NCBI GenBank assembly: GCA_963677925.2
Contig: CAXXYH010000003.1
Location: forward strand, 1,888,001 to 1,952,000
Origin: Spirochaetia bacterium
GTDB taxonomy: Bacteria; Spirochaetota; Spirochaetia; UBA9216
DNA length: 64,000 bases
Direction of reading: 5' to 3'
This document shows positions 39,094 to 50,029 of the stretch, piece after piece (positions within the stretch are counted from its first letter, which is position 1; every line of letters begins with the position of its first letter). The translations under genes were made by a program, and so were the position numbers. The notes beneath the pieces are model-generated. The model was not told where the DNA came from. It did not search any database and worked only from the letters and a program-made list of their open reading frames with translations.

Positions 39094-40200
39094 TTAAATC
39101 TCAATAAGCTCATATTCCTTGCTGCCTATCCCAAGCTTGACCGCGTGATCTATTGCAGTCATCCAGTCTGTTTCAGGACTTACATCGGTAAAATGATCAT
39201 TATGAGCGGTTCCGTGCTTCTCAAGAACACTTCCGGCTATTACCGGCTGACGGTTAACAGCGTCTGCACAGGCCACATCAAGAGCTACAGGATCAAAAGA
39301 AGCAAACATGCCGACATTGGGCACGATAGGTATATCATTTTCGGCATGACAGTCACAGTACGGAGAAACATCCACAACAAGACTTATGTGAAAATGGGGA
39401 CGTCCGTTAAGAACTGCCCATGTGTATTCAGCCATTTTAGCATTAAGAATTGAATTTGATTCATTAAAAACCGGCTCTATCGCATCAACAGGACAGCGGC
39501 CGATACACATTCCGCAGCCTACGCAGTTATCATGGTTGATAGACGCCTTCTTATCGGTAATGCTTATTGCACTGTGGGCACAGATCTTCAGGCATGCTCC
39601 GCAGCCAATACAGGCATCAGTACTTACACTCGGCTTTCCGGCACTGTGCATTTCCATCTTGCCGGCTCTGGAACCGCAGCCCATACCGATATTTTTGATG
39701 GCTCCGCCGAATCCGGCGAGTTCATGACCCTTGAAATGACTCAGCGAAATGACAATATCGGCGTCCATCACAGCGCGGCCGATTTTTGCTTCCTTTACAT
39801 ACTCACCTGAAGGAACAGGTACCAGCTGCTCGTCAGTTCCTTTCAGTCCGTCGGCAATAAGAATCTGGCAGCCTGTCGAAAACGGAGAGTATCCGTTTAT
39901 ATAGGCGGTTTCAAGATGATCAAGGGCATTCTTCCTTCCGCCGACGTATAGCGTATTGCAGTCGGTTAGAAAAGGCTTGCCGCCCAGCTGCCTTATTACA
40001 TCGGCAACAGTACGCGAATAGTTCGGGCGCAGATACGCAAGGTTTCCAAGCTCCCCGAAATGTATTTTAACAGCTGCGAATTTCTTTGAAAAATCAATAT
40101 CCGCAATACCTGCGGTTTTAATCAGTCTTTCGAGTTTCTGCTGAAGATTCTCCCTGCCTGTTACATGCATGTCTGCAAAAAAGACCTTTGATTTCCCCAT
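39094..40200 (-). CDS. DUF362-domain Fe-S protein
   Basis: VKIHFGELGN, HFKGHELAGFGGAIKN, two CxxCxxCxxxC, CDCH, SFDPVALD. Confidence 0.9.
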   Translation of the reverse strand: MGKSKVFFADMHVTGRENLQQKLERLIKTAGIADIDFSKKFAAVKIHFGELGNLAYLRPNYSRTVADVIRQLGGKPFLTDCNTLYVGGRKNALDHLETAYINGYSPFSTGCQILIADGLKGTDEQLVPVPSGEYVKEAKIGRAVMDADIVISLSHFKGHELAGFGGAIKNIGMGCGSRAGKMEMHSAGKPSVSTDACIGCGACLKICAHSAISITDKKASINHDNCVGCGMCIGRCPVDAIEPVFNESNSILNAKMAEYTWAVLNGRPHFHISLVVDVSPYCDCHAENDIPIVPNVGMFASFDPVALDVACADAVNRQPVIAGSVLEKHGTAHNDHFTDVSPETDWMTAIDHAVKLGIGSKEYELIEI

Positions 40201-40230
40201 CTTTGTTTCCCCCTGAGTTATCATGTAAAT

Positions 40231-40818
40231 TTATTTTGTTTTTATTCCATTTAGAAGCAGTTGAATAGTGGATGCGTAGAAATCAGACACATACCTGCTT
40301 TTTCCCTGACGGTAAGCCATCATCAGAAAAACCTGATATATGGTATAAATAATCTCTGAAATTTCCTCAACTTTAAGCTCTTCCCTGAAAACACCCTCTT
40401 CAACACCACCGCTGATAATCTCTGCAATCATTATCCTTGAATCTTCATATACATCAATATAAATATCACTTTGAATCATCGGAGACATTATTTTATCATC
40501 CTTGCTTAACATCTCCATGAGCGGCGAATTACCTTTCAGATAAACAAGAGCCGTCTCACACATGGTTATCAATTTCTGTTCATGGTCTGCAACATCAGCA
40601 ACAGCAGCCCTGACATGCTCAAGCCACTGATATAAGGCATACCTGATACACTCCTGATAGAGACTCTGCTTGTTGTTCGAATAACGGTAAAGATTACCCT
40701 TTGTCATCTCGAGCTCTGAGGCTATGTCATCAAGCGAGGTTTTCCTGTATCCGTACCTGGCGAAATTTTTAAGCGCAGCTTCGTAGATGATATTTTCGTC
40801 AAGTTTTCTCTTCATCAA
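40231..40818 (-). CDS. TetR/AcrR-family regulator
   Basis: AALKNFARYGYRKTSLDDIASELEMTKGNLYRY. Confidence 0.93.
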   Translation of the reverse strand: MMKRKLDENIIYEAALKNFARYGYRKTSLDDIASELEMTKGNLYRYSNNKQSLYQECIRYALYQWLEHVRAAVADVADHEQKLITMCETALVYLKGNSPLMEMLSKDDKIMSPMIQSDIYIDVYEDSRIMIAEIISGGVEEGVFREELKVEEISEIIYTIYQVFLMMAYRQGKSRYVSDFYASTIQLLLNGIKTK

Positions 40819-40918
40819 TACTCCAATTTTAATCTGCTATAGAATAAGGTGATCCAAACTTCTAATCAAGGCAAAATTTTACCAATTTTTTTAGTAATTT
40901 AATCAGATTTTTTTATCA

Positions 40919-40947
40919 TTGACACTAAAACTGTTTAGCCATATTAT
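40919..40947 (+). promoter_or_regulatory. sigma70-type promoter
   Basis: TTGACA-N17-TATTAT upstream of the MCP at 41003. Confidence 0.65.
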
Positions 40948-41002
40948 AAATAAACTTTTCGTTCATTTATATACTTAAATAAAAAAAGGACCTCATCTAT
41001 CT

Positions 41003-43096
41003 ATGGAAACTAAAAAGGGGTTGAGCCTCAAATTGAGTCTTGCTGTAGTGATTTGCCTGGTTATTGTTTTTACTTCAATTTCCATAATCAGCTCTTCGAA
41101 CGCAAAAAGGATCACTAAAGCCGACAAAAGTACGGAGCTTCAGAGAAGAGTCTCTGAGCTTAAAGAATTACTCGACTGCAACATATCTTTAACTTCTCTG
41201 CTAACCGCCTCTATTGCAGAAAACCAGTTTATCAGAGCCACTATGGCGTCTTCGGACTACAAAGAGACCGGCAGCATTATCAGCCGGATGCCTGAAAATT
41301 ATGACTACATCAGAAATATTTTAATAACCGACTCAAAGGGCTTGATTATAGCTTCAGCCGGACCTGATAAACCTGAAGCTGATAATATATCCTCAAAAGA
41401 ACTATTCTTCCGTGCTGAAGCGGAACCTTCAAAAACTTATATATCCAGCCTGCCTTTATCATTGGGATCTAATCTTCTGCTTGAGTTTTCAAGGGCAGTA
41501 ACAGTTAACGGAAATTTTACAGGAGTAGTTGTTGTTCAGATAGACCTGAATAAGTTCTCTTCCAATAATGTACTCAACAAAACCTACGGAGAAGGAGGTT
41601 ACGCCTTCGCATTCGGTAAAAACGGATTTCTTTTTATGCATCCCGATGCATCTCAGTTGATGAAGGACAACAGGGACGGTGTGATTGGCGAAATACTGAA
41701 CAGCGGCGAAAAAAAAGGCATCATTGAATACCTGTGGCAGGGAGACCAGAAGTTTGCAGCATTTGATTCCATGGAAAACCTGCCCTGGATTGTCAGCTGC
41801 AGCATATATAATAACGACCTCCTGAAAATATCACAGTCACTTCAGAAAACAATAATAATTTCCTCGCTTGTAAGTGTAGGAGTAATAATCATAATTCTTT
41901 TTATTGTACTGTCATCGGTAATCATTAAAAGAATCAGGCACATTGAGGAAAACCTGCTGAATGCTTCCAACGGAGATCTCACACTTAAACTGGAAATAAG
42001 AGGAAGTGATGAAATATCAAGTATCTTCAACAGCTTCAATATCATGCTTGGAAATTTCTCCGACTTTCTCGGCAGTGTTAAGAACAAGCTGTCAAAGGTT
42101 TCAGTCTCGAGTAACGACATGGGAGCCAATATTACCGAAACAGCAGCGGCAATAAACCAGATAAACAGCAATATTGACAGCATCAAGGTTCAGATTGAGA
42201 AACAGTACGCCAGCACAACCCAGACTGCAGCCGCCATTGAAGAACTTGCACGTAACATAGACTCATTAAGCGGCGCAATAATTAACCAGAAGTCAAGTAT
42301 AACCCAGTCTTCATCAGCAATAGAACAGATGACGGCCGGCATTTCATCCATTTCAGGAACAATCAGAACTGCCGAAAACGATGTTGCCGAAATGAACAGG
42401 GCTGCTGAAACAGGAAAGACTTCAGTTGTTCAGGTTGTAGAGCTGATAAGCGGAATTGTAAACCAGTCGGAACAGCTTCTTCATGCAAATACAATTATTT
42501 CCGACATATCAAGCCAGACAAACCTTCTTGCAATGAACGCTGCAATCGAAGCTGCTCATGCAGGAAATGCAGGCAAGGGCTTCGCTGTTGTAGCAGATGA
42601 AATCAGAAAACTCGCGGAACAGGCAGCTGCACAGTCACTTATTGTCGGCAAGAATCTTACTGATATAAAACAGTCCATTGATGCCGTAAAGAATGCCGCT
42701 GTGAAAACAGATAAGGGCTTTGTTGAGCTGACCGATACAATTGTAAACGTTAATCAGAGATTCTCTTTCATAGGAGAATCGGTAATGGAACTCAACACCG
42801 GAAGTCTGCAGATACTTGAAGGTTTGAACCAGATGAACACAATATCCTCTGAGGTCAGTACCGGAGCAGAGGAAATGAAAGCCGGAAACGGTCAGCTGGT
42901 TGAGGCAGTTTCCCACCTCAACGAGATTGGACAGATTACGCGGACCGGAATTGAAGAGATAGCCCTGGGAATTCATGAAATAAACAGTGCTATCATGGAT
43001 ATCGATCGTCTCAGTATCCAGAATACCGACTATGTGAGGGAAATAAATACAGAAGCGGATCGCTTTGTAACCCATAATCAGGCTCAGCATTCATAA
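41003..43096 (+). CDS. MCP with dCache-like sensor and HAMP, long (spirochaete-type) signalling domain
   Basis: YGEGGYAF...MHPD Cache motif; GDLT...DEI HAMP; [35 protein letters not shown]. Confidence 0.95.
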   Translation: METKKGLSLKLSLAVVICLVIVFTSISIISSSNAKRITKADKSTELQRRVSELKELLDCNISLTSLLTASIAENQFIRATMASSDYKETGSIISRMPENYDYIRNILITDSKGLIIASAGPDKPEADNISSKELFFRAEAEPSKTYISSLPLSLGSNLLLEFSRAVTVNGNFTGVVVVQIDLNKFSSNNVLNKTYGEGGYAFAFGKNGFLFMHPDASQLMKDNRDGVIGEILNSGEKKGIIEYLWQGDQKFAAFDSMENLPWIVSCSIYNNDLLKISQSLQKTIIISSLVSVGVIIIILFIVLSSVIIKRIRHIEENLLNASNGDLTLKLEIRGSDEISSIFNSFNIMLGNFSDFLGSVKNKLSKVSVSSNDMGANITETAAAINQINSNIDSIKVQIEKQYASTTQTAAAIEELARNIDSLSGAIINQKSSITQSSSAIEQMTAGISSISGTIRTAENDVAEMNRAAETGKTSVVQVVELISGIVNQSEQLLHANTIISDISSQTNLLAMNAAIEAAHAGNAGKGFAVVADEIRKLAEQAAAQSLIVGKNLTDIKQSIDAVKNAAVKTDKGFVELTDTIVNVNQRFSFIGESVMELNTGSLQILEGLNQMNTISSEVSTGAEEMKAGNGQLVEAVSHLNEIGQITRTGIEEIALGIHEINSAIMDIDRLSIQNTDYVREINTEADRFVTHNQAQHS

Positions 43097-43112
43097 TTTT
43101 ATAGAAATTGAC

Positions 43113-43157
43113 TCTCCAATTGATTAAATTATATATAGAAGCTTAATCAATTGGAGA
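43113..43157. repeat. Perfect 15-bp inverted repeat overlapping promoter and RBS
   Basis: TCTCCAATTGATTAA-N15-TTAATCAATTGGAGA. Confidence 0.85.
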
Positions 43158-43163
43158 AATATA

Positions 43164-43976
43164 GTGCAGGAAGCATCTGACAGAGTCGACAGAATAATAC
43201 CTGAGAGATCAGGAAAATATAATGAGGTCCTCCACCTGATTATTCATAATCCCGAAAAACTTAATGCTCTTTCAACCGTAATGCAGATTGAATTCATTGA
43301 ATTTCTGAAAGAAGCGGCCGCCGATGATTCAATTCATGTTGTAGCCATTCGGGGATACGGTGATAAGGCATTCAGCTCCGGCGGGCAGCTTGACAATCTG
43401 GTAGAACTTACTGATGAGACCGGACAGGAAGCTATGTACCAGCGCGGAGTTGAGATACGCGAAACCATTGCATCCATGTACAAACCGGTAATTGCTGCAG
43501 TAAACGGGTTCTGTATCGGCGGCGGTTTTGAAATTGCAATGTGCTGCGATATGATCTATGCGTCTGATGACTCAAAATTCTCACTGCCGGAGGTTAATAT
43601 GGGACTGGTTCCCGGATGGGGCGGTGCGATTAGACTTCCCAGAAAGGTTACTGTCAACAAAGCAAAAGAAATGATACTTCTCGGAGAAAAAATATCAGCT
43701 GATGAAGCCCACATGTGGGGAATAGTCAACAGAGTCTTCCCGAAAGATAAACTGTTCGAAGAGGTTGATAAGATCATTATAAGACTTCTTGACCAGCCGC
43801 CGCTGGCAATAAGGGGAGTAAAAAAAATAGTAAGCCACGGCATTGTCGACGGAAATATTGACAATGCCAGGGTAATTGAAAAAGAGCTCTCAATATCTCT
43901 GATGGCCACTCATGATTTTGAGGAAGCCATCGCTGCCCGTGAGCAGAAAAGAAAACCGAAGTTCAAAGGCGAATAA
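43164..43976 (+). CDS. Enoyl-CoA hydratase/isomerase (crotonase) family protein
   Basis: PEKLNAL, KAFSSGG, KPVIAAVNGFCIGGGFE, LPEVNMGLVPGWGG, KRKPKFKG. Confidence 0.93.
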   Translation: MQEASDRVDRIIPERSGKYNEVLHLIIHNPEKLNALSTVMQIEFIEFLKEAAADDSIHVVAIRGYGDKAFSSGGQLDNLVELTDETGQEAMYQRGVEIRETIASMYKPVIAAVNGFCIGGGFEIAMCCDMIYASDDSKFSLPEVNMGLVPGWGGAIRLPRKVTVNKAKEMILLGEKISADEAHMWGIVNRVFPKDKLFEEVDKIIIRLLDQPPLAIRGVKKIVSHGIVDGNIDNARVIEKELSISLMATHDFEEAIAAREQKRKPKFKGE

Positions 43977-45773
43977 TCATCGGAGTTCGCTGAGCAGCTC
44001 CATAAACAGAATTACAATCCTGTTGAATGCGGTTCGTATTCTTCTGAAAGATTTAAATGCCACATTGAAATCACCGCCCCGGACATCCTCGGCGGTCTTA
44101 ACAATATTATTATGAAAATTCTCATGTTCGGACAGAATATTCTGAAAAACAGGATTTTCACCGAATAAGCTGCTGCCTTCTCCGTACAGCCACTCACCCA
44201 TCTCGCAGCCTCTGTAATCCGAAGCCTTGCCGACATCAATGTTTCCGTCGCTGTCTACCCCGTGAATTCCCCGAAGCTTTGAATCAGTAGGAACCACCAT
44301 ATGCCTTATTGCCGCACCGCAGACCTGAAGCCAGCTCAGGTGTGTAGTAAGAAGTTCGGATATGATAACTGTAAGCTCGGATTCCTTTGAGATTTTGATG
44401 GAATCGCTGATATCAAACTTCTTCAGATCGGATGTTATTGTATTTATATTCGAATCGTTCCATTCGATGATCTTTATCATATCGGACTGGGCTTCCGCCA
44501 CATCCCTGGCTCTGGAATTTATTACAGCAACCTCGTTCTGAATGAGACCGTATGAACCCTTGAGAGATTCAACCGAATTATTAATCTCTCTAGCACTTAT
44601 TTCAATTTCACCGGAACCGCCTGAAATCTCCTCTGAGATCTGAATAAGCGATCCCACAGAACTGACTATCTCCTGACTGCCGGTTGAGACTTCAGCAGTA
44701 CTCTGGGTAATTTCTGTAAAAGCATTTACAAACTCCATTACCTTGTCCGCGACCTCAAGAAAAGCTTTTTCACCGGCCTCTCCTGCATGCAGAACATTAT
44801 CCATCTTTCCGTTCATATCTTTCAGAGAACCGGCAATAATCTTGGCATTTGATGAGGCTGATTCAGCAAGTTTACGTATTTCATCTGCCACAACCGAGAA
44901 GCCCATACCGTACTGGCCGGCATGAGCGGCTTCTATTGCTGCATTCATAGCAAGCAGATTGGTCTGCGCGGCAATTCCATTAATTACATTAATAATACTC
45001 ATCATACCGTCAACATCAGATGATATTTCCTTAATCTGAGTGTTGGAATCTACTATGGTATGTCTGCCGCTTTCTACTTTTTCGATAAGTGAATCTGTAG
45101 ACTTCGATTTTTCAACAGAAATTCGAGAGATGCTGTTTATCGAAGCAGTCATCTCCTCTATTGCCGCGGAAGTCTGGGTAACAGCGCTGCTCTGAGTAGT
45201 GATATGTGAAACAAGAGCCTCTATAGTAGCGAGAATTTCGGTGACCGCGGAAGAAACACTTAAAATCTGATTTTCAAAACCGGACATCTCGTCCAGGATT
45301 CCGCCTACATCTCGTATTATTCCATCGGCAATATTCCCGACATCATTTGAATAGTCACGCAGAATTACGCTCACATTGCTGTTGGCATCAACACAGGTCT
45401 TGGCCTCGGCCAGAGTGTGATTGATTCCGTTTAAAAGTTCATTGTTCAGATAATCAGAAAGAGCCCGAAGCTCTCTGTATTTCACCTTTATCTGCTTAAG
45501 GCTATCTTCATTACCGGAAGATTCTCCGGGCTTCTGAACAGTATTCCTTATTGCCCTGGCCAGACTCTTGGAAAGAAGAAGCGCTGCAGCAAGACCGGCA
45601 GCAAAAAAAACAGCAGTGAATACAGCGGTCTTTAAAATACTGAAGCCTCCGCTGTCCGCTTGATTATTGAAGAAAAAGGTATCAGCTAATCCTGAAATGA
45701 TGATAGGCAGTGTTGAAAGCAGAACACAGACAAGTATTATTACTGATTTGAGCGAGATTCCTTTTTTTAACAC
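43977..45773 (-). CDS. MCP with N-terminal TM hairpin and C-terminal CZB zinc-binding domain
   Basis: [17 protein letters not shown]; HLSW...CEMGEWLY...HENFH. Confidence 0.9.
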   Translation of the reverse strand: MLKKGISLKSVIILVCVLLSTLPIIISGLADTFFFNNQADSGGFSILKTAVFTAVFFAAGLAAALLLSKSLARAIRNTVQKPGESSGNEDSLKQIKVKYRELRALSDYLNNELLNGINHTLAEAKTCVDANSNVSVILRDYSNDVGNIADGIIRDVGGILDEMSGFENQILSVSSAVTEILATIEALVSHITTQSSAVTQTSAAIEEMTASINSISRISVEKSKSTDSLIEKVESGRHTIVDSNTQIKEISSDVDGMMSIINVINGIAAQTNLLAMNAAIEAAHAGQYGMGFSVVADEIRKLAESASSNAKIIAGSLKDMNGKMDNVLHAGEAGEKAFLEVADKVMEFVNAFTEITQSTAEVSTGSQEIVSSVGSLIQISEEISGGSGEIEISAREINNSVESLKGSYGLIQNEVAVINSRARDVAEAQSDMIKIIEWNDSNINTITSDLKKFDISDSIKISKESELTVIISELLTTHLSWLQVCGAAIRHMVVPTDSKLRGIHGVDSDGNIDVGKASDYRGCEMGEWLYGEGSSLFGENPVFQNILSEHENFHNNIVKTAEDVRGGDFNVAFKSFRRIRTAFNRIVILFMELLSELR

Positions 45774-45894
45774 AAAATAACCTCCGAATATATATCCTGA
45801 ACACTGATTTTTTAATCTACTTTCATGAGATATATTATCGGAAGAATAGACCTATTTCTGAATCCGGATAAAAAAGCGGACAGTTAAAATTTCT

Positions 45895-47658
45895 TCAGGT
45901 CCCTTCTCCTAAAAGTTCAATAAACAGCATAACCAGGCGATTGTATGAAGTCCGGATGGTTCTGAAAGTTGTGAACACTGTATTAAAATCATCCTCCTTT
46001 ATCGCTCTGTCTGTCTCAACGATGTTGCTGTGAAACTTCTCGTGTTCTCGTATTATTTCATCAAATACAGGATTATTTCCGTAAATACCCTCACCCTCTC
46101 CATAAAGCCATACACCCAGCCTGCAGCCTTTGCAATCGGCAGCCAGACTTACATCGATATCCCCGTTTGCATCAGCACCGACTGCTCCGGCAAGCTTCGG
46201 AATATCAGGGAATACCAGATTAGTAACTATAGCCCCTGCTACATTCAGCCAGCACAGATGAGAAACAAGAAGTTCCGAAGCTTTTTTTGTAAGCCGGCTT
46301 TTTGTCAAATCTGAACTTTCCGGAAGATCAAGATACTTAAGCTCAGCAGAAAATGTATCAAGAGCAGTACTGCCCCAATTCTGGATTTTAAGCATATCAG
46401 CCTGAGTGCTGCCTACATCCTCCGCCCTGGATTTTATTAACGCAACCTTATCCTGAATAACTCCATAGGAACTTTTCAGTGATTCAATAGAGCTATTAAT
46501 TTCACGGGCGCTGGTAGCCATTTCACCGGAACCGCCTGTGATTTCAGAAGATATCTGCATGAGCGATGTGACCGAACCGATTATCTCCTGACTTCCGCCG
46601 GAGACTTCAGCCGTACTCCGGGTAATCTCGGTGAATGCATTTACAAAGTCCATGACCTTGTCCGCTACCTCAAGAAAAGCATTCTCTCCGGCCTCTCCGG
46701 CACTAAGCACATTTCCCATTTTAACATTCACATCTTTTAAGGAGCCGGCAATGATCTTTGCATTTGATGAAGCAGATTCAGCCAGTTTCCTGATTTCATC
46801 AGCTACAACAGAAAACCCCATCCCATACTGCCCTGCATGTGCAGCTTCAATTGCGGCATTCATTGCCAGAAGGTTGGTCTGAGCGGCGATTCCATTGATA
46901 ACATTGATGATACTCATCATCCCATCCACATCTGCTGAGATTTCTTTTATCTGCATATTGGAATCAACAATTGTATGCCGGCCGTTTTCTACTTTTTCAA
47001 TAAGGGTATCTGTTGATTTGGATTTCTCGGCGGAAATACGGGAAATACTGTTTATCGAAGCGCTCATTTCTTCAATTGCGGCAGAAGTCTGAGTTACAGC
47101 AGTGCTCTGGGTTGTTATATGGGAAACCAGAGTTTCAATGGTAGCCAGAATTTGTGTAACGGCGGAGGAAACACTCAGCATACGTGACTCAAAGCCGGAC
47201 ATCTCCTCAAGAATACCCTCTACATCACTGATAATGCCGTCAGAGGTTTTTCCGATATCTTTTGAATAATAATCGAGAATCTCGCTGATATCCTCATTAG
47301 CGCTGAGGCTTGATTCAGCATCAGCTAAAGTACTCATCATACCGCCTATGAGTTCGGTGTTTATATATTCAAGGAGGGTCTGCATTTCCCTGTATCTGAC
47401 GTCCGCAGGCCCGGTACTGACTGCAGCTTGCTGAAATGATTTTCCAATACTTTTTGAAAATAGAAGTGCGGCAGTAAGTCCGGCTGCAAAAAAGACAGCA
47501 GTAAATACAGCTGTTTTAATAATATCAGAAATATCCGGGCCGCTTTCACTATTGAGCAGCAGAATATCGACAAGGCCGGTTATCACAACCGGAAGAGTAG
47601 ACAGCAAAAGACACAGCAATACCATTGCTGATTTGAGCGAGATGACCTTTTTAGCCAT
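45895..47658 (-). CDS. MCP with N-terminal TM hairpin and C-terminal CZB domain (tandem paralog)
   Basis: Core nearly identical to 43977-45773; HLCW...CRLGVWLY...HEKFH. Confidence 0.9.
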   Translation of the reverse strand: MAKKVISLKSAMVLLCLLLSTLPVVITGLVDILLLNSESGPDISDIIKTAVFTAVFFAAGLTAALLFSKSIGKSFQQAAVSTGPADVRYREMQTLLEYINTELIGGMMSTLADAESSLSANEDISEILDYYSKDIGKTSDGIISDVEGILEEMSGFESRMLSVSSAVTQILATIETLVSHITTQSTAVTQTSAAIEEMSASINSISRISAEKSKSTDTLIEKVENGRHTIVDSNMQIKEISADVDGMMSIINVINGIAAQTNLLAMNAAIEAAHAGQYGMGFSVVADEIRKLAESASSNAKIIAGSLKDVNVKMGNVLSAGEAGENAFLEVADKVMDFVNAFTEITRSTAEVSGGSQEIIGSVTSLMQISSEITGGSGEMATSAREINSSIESLKSSYGVIQDKVALIKSRAEDVGSTQADMLKIQNWGSTALDTFSAELKYLDLPESSDLTKSRLTKKASELLVSHLCWLNVAGAIVTNLVFPDIPKLAGAVGADANGDIDVSLAADCKGCRLGVWLYGEGEGIYGNNPVFDEIIREHEKFHSNIVETDRAIKEDDFNTVFTTFRTIRTSYNRLVMLFIELLGEGT

Positions 47659-47961
47659 TGAGAACCTCCAGAAACAATAATCTTAAACCTGCCTCAGGTC
47701 CCCCCGCAAGCTAGAATAATTGACATGGACTATCAAAATTATACTTAGCCTGACTCAGGCCTCAATAAATATGACTATTTTAGAAAGATTTAGCATTTTC
47801 CCTTGACTTCAGTGCCTGTCAAGATAATATTTAAATTAGGTAAAATGTAAATTATTTCATATTCAGCTATTCATTAAAGTCCCTTATTCCAAGTGTGATA
47901 GGTTAAAGTTTTTCGAGGTATAGCCAAACCTTAAAACTAAAAACCCGGGAAGGAGGGTCAT

Positions 47962-49938
47962 ATGTTAAAGAATCTTAAATTAGGAACAAAGCTGGTACTC
48001 ATTGGCGTATTTATTATTATAATACCGCTGGGCCTTATAGGCATTTTATCAGTAAATAAGGCATCTGCTGGAATCAAGGATGTTGAGCATGAACAGCTAA
48101 TCATGCGGACACAGGAGCTGGCCGGAGCTCTAAACAATGTACTGATAATCGAAATGAAACTGGTCAAAACTCTTGCACTTAATACAGTTATAATTGAAGC
48201 ACACGAAGGTAAAACCAGTTTTGACGGCGTAAATACTGAATTACAGCGGATAAAAGAGGAACCGGAAACAGGTGAAGACTACGAAGATCTGGTCACAATT
48301 GATGTGAATGGAATAATTGTCTCGTCATCAAATACATCAATGATTGGTGTACCTCTGAACGAAAGAGATTATTTTCAGGCAGCTGTTAAGGGTGAAACCA
48401 ATGTAGGAGAGGCTGTCATCAGCAAGGGTTCAGGCAATCCGATGATCCCGGTAGCTGCTCCTATAAAAGCTGCTGACGGAAGCATAATAGGAGTAGCCGC
48501 AGCCATATTAAAACTTGATTTCGTATGGAATGTTATAAAGGATTCACACATAGGTAAAACCGGGTACGCATATGCAACAAAACCTGACGGTTATTTCATT
48601 GCCCATCCCGATCCTTCAGTAATTTTTGAATCAAGTATTGCACAGCTTGAAGGTATGGAGCAGATCTTTGCCAGATTCGCAGATGAAGGCGCAGGTTATG
48701 AAAATTACCTTTACAAGGGGGTCTACAAGACTTCAGGTTTTGCAACTGTAGAAGAGACCGGATGGGGCGTTTTTTTAGCCCTTCCTGATCAGGAATTTCT
48801 GGCTCCGGTAAACTCAGTCATTTTCACAACTATTATAGTCGGAGCAGGCTCCTTTATCGTAGCCTTTCTTATCTTTCTGCTTTTTGCCAAGTCAATCACC
48901 AAACCTGTGCAGAAGGGAGTCACATTTGCCAAGGAGATAACCGAAGGTAAACTTTACACAAAAATTGACGTTAATCAGAAAGATGAAATCGGAGTTCTTG
49001 CAGATACGCTCAGAGAAATGCAGGAGCGGCTGAAGAACGTTGTTGTAGAAGTTATTGAGTCAGCATCACAGGTTTCGGAGGGCAGCAGTCAGCTTTCACA
49101 GAGTGCAGAACAGCTCTCACAGGGAGCCACCGAACAGGCTGCCAGTGCTGAAGAAGTTTCAGCCTCAGTAGAACAAATGGGCGCGAACATACAGCAGAAT
49201 ACCGACAACGCATCGCAGACAGAAAAAATAGCCTCCCAGGCTGCGGTTGACGCCTCTGAAGGCGGAAACGCCGTGCTTGAAGCCGTCGGGGCAATGAATG
49301 AAATTGCTCAGAAGATTAATATAGTAGAAGACATAGCCAGACAGACAAATATGCTTTCACTTAATGCAGCAATTGAAGCAGCAAGAGCAGGTGAACACGG
49401 AAAGGGCTTTGCGGTAGTTGCCTCAGAGGTTGGCAAACTTGCAGCAATCAGCCAGAAAGCAGCAGCCGAGATCCAGGAACTTGCAAAGGAGAGCGTACGT
49501 AAGGCCGACATCGCAGGTGAAAAGATCAGGGCAATTGTACCGGACATCAGAAAAACAGCAGAACTCGTTACAGAAATAAGTGCATCAAGTCATGAACAGA
49601 ATACTGGGGCTGTTCAGATAAACCAGGCAATGCTTCAGCTGGACCAGGTTGTACAGCAGAACGCAGCAGCAGCAGAAGAAGCATCCTCGATGGCAGAAGA
49701 ACTTACCAGTCAGGCCGAACAGCTTCATGATATGATCAGCTACTTCAGAGTCAGAGAAAACAGTCACCTGTCTGATTATCAAAATGAGACTTCAGTGAAA
49801 GTCGAAGTCAAAAAACAGAGGCTATCACCTCAAAAACCGGCATTGAAAGCCCCGGAGAAGCCTCAGGCTCCGGTTGATCGTGTGCATCCCGGCTATGATG
49901 CACACGATGATCAGGACTTCGGTTTCGAAGACTTCTGA
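47962..49938 (+). CDS. MCP, dCache-HAMP, short (34H-like) signalling domain, C-terminal GFEDF
   Basis: [16 protein letters not shown]...AHPD; [26 protein letters not shown]. Confidence 0.95.
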   Translation: MLKNLKLGTKLVLIGVFIIIIPLGLIGILSVNKASAGIKDVEHEQLIMRTQELAGALNNVLIIEMKLVKTLALNTVIIEAHEGKTSFDGVNTELQRIKEEPETGEDYEDLVTIDVNGIIVSSSNTSMIGVPLNERDYFQAAVKGETNVGEAVISKGSGNPMIPVAAPIKAADGSIIGVAAAILKLDFVWNVIKDSHIGKTGYAYATKPDGYFIAHPDPSVIFESSIAQLEGMEQIFARFADEGAGYENYLYKGVYKTSGFATVEETGWGVFLALPDQEFLAPVNSVIFTTIIVGAGSFIVAFLIFLLFAKSITKPVQKGVTFAKEITEGKLYTKIDVNQKDEIGVLADTLREMQERLKNVVVEVIESASQVSEGSSQLSQSAEQLSQGATEQAASAEEVSASVEQMGANIQQNTDNASQTEKIASQAAVDASEGGNAVLEAVGAMNEIAQKINIVEDIARQTNMLSLNAAIEAARAGEHGKGFAVVASEVGKLAAISQKAAAEIQELAKESVRKADIAGEKIRAIVPDIRKTAELVTEISASSHEQNTGAVQINQAMLQLDQVVQQNAAAAEEASSMAEELTSQAEQLHDMISYFRVRENSHLSDYQNETSVKVEVKKQRLSPQKPALKAPEKPQAPVDRVHPGYDAHDDQDFGFEDF

Positions 49939-49947
49939 TCGCCTCCC

Positions 49948-49983
49948 GCCGTCCGGGCCTTTCCCCGGACGGCCTTTTTTTTT
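49948..49983 (+). terminator. Intrinsic terminator
   Basis: GCCGTCCGGG-loop-CCCGGACGGC followed by C and T9. Confidence 0.9.
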
Positions 49984-50029
49984 GCTTTTCAGCCTTCATT
50001 AAATTAAAATTAATTCAGGAGGCTGCCGT

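Noticed and set aside
37754-40818. M20 hydrolase, DUF362 and TetR as one pathway
   Set aside because: Hydrolase is convergent and separated by a bidirectional terminator; no sequence evidence of a shared function
47830-47960. Possible c-di-GMP riboswitch in the long MCP leader
   Set aside because: No GEMM-type GGCAAA/GAAA/GACGCAAA core visible; an Rfam scan would be decisive
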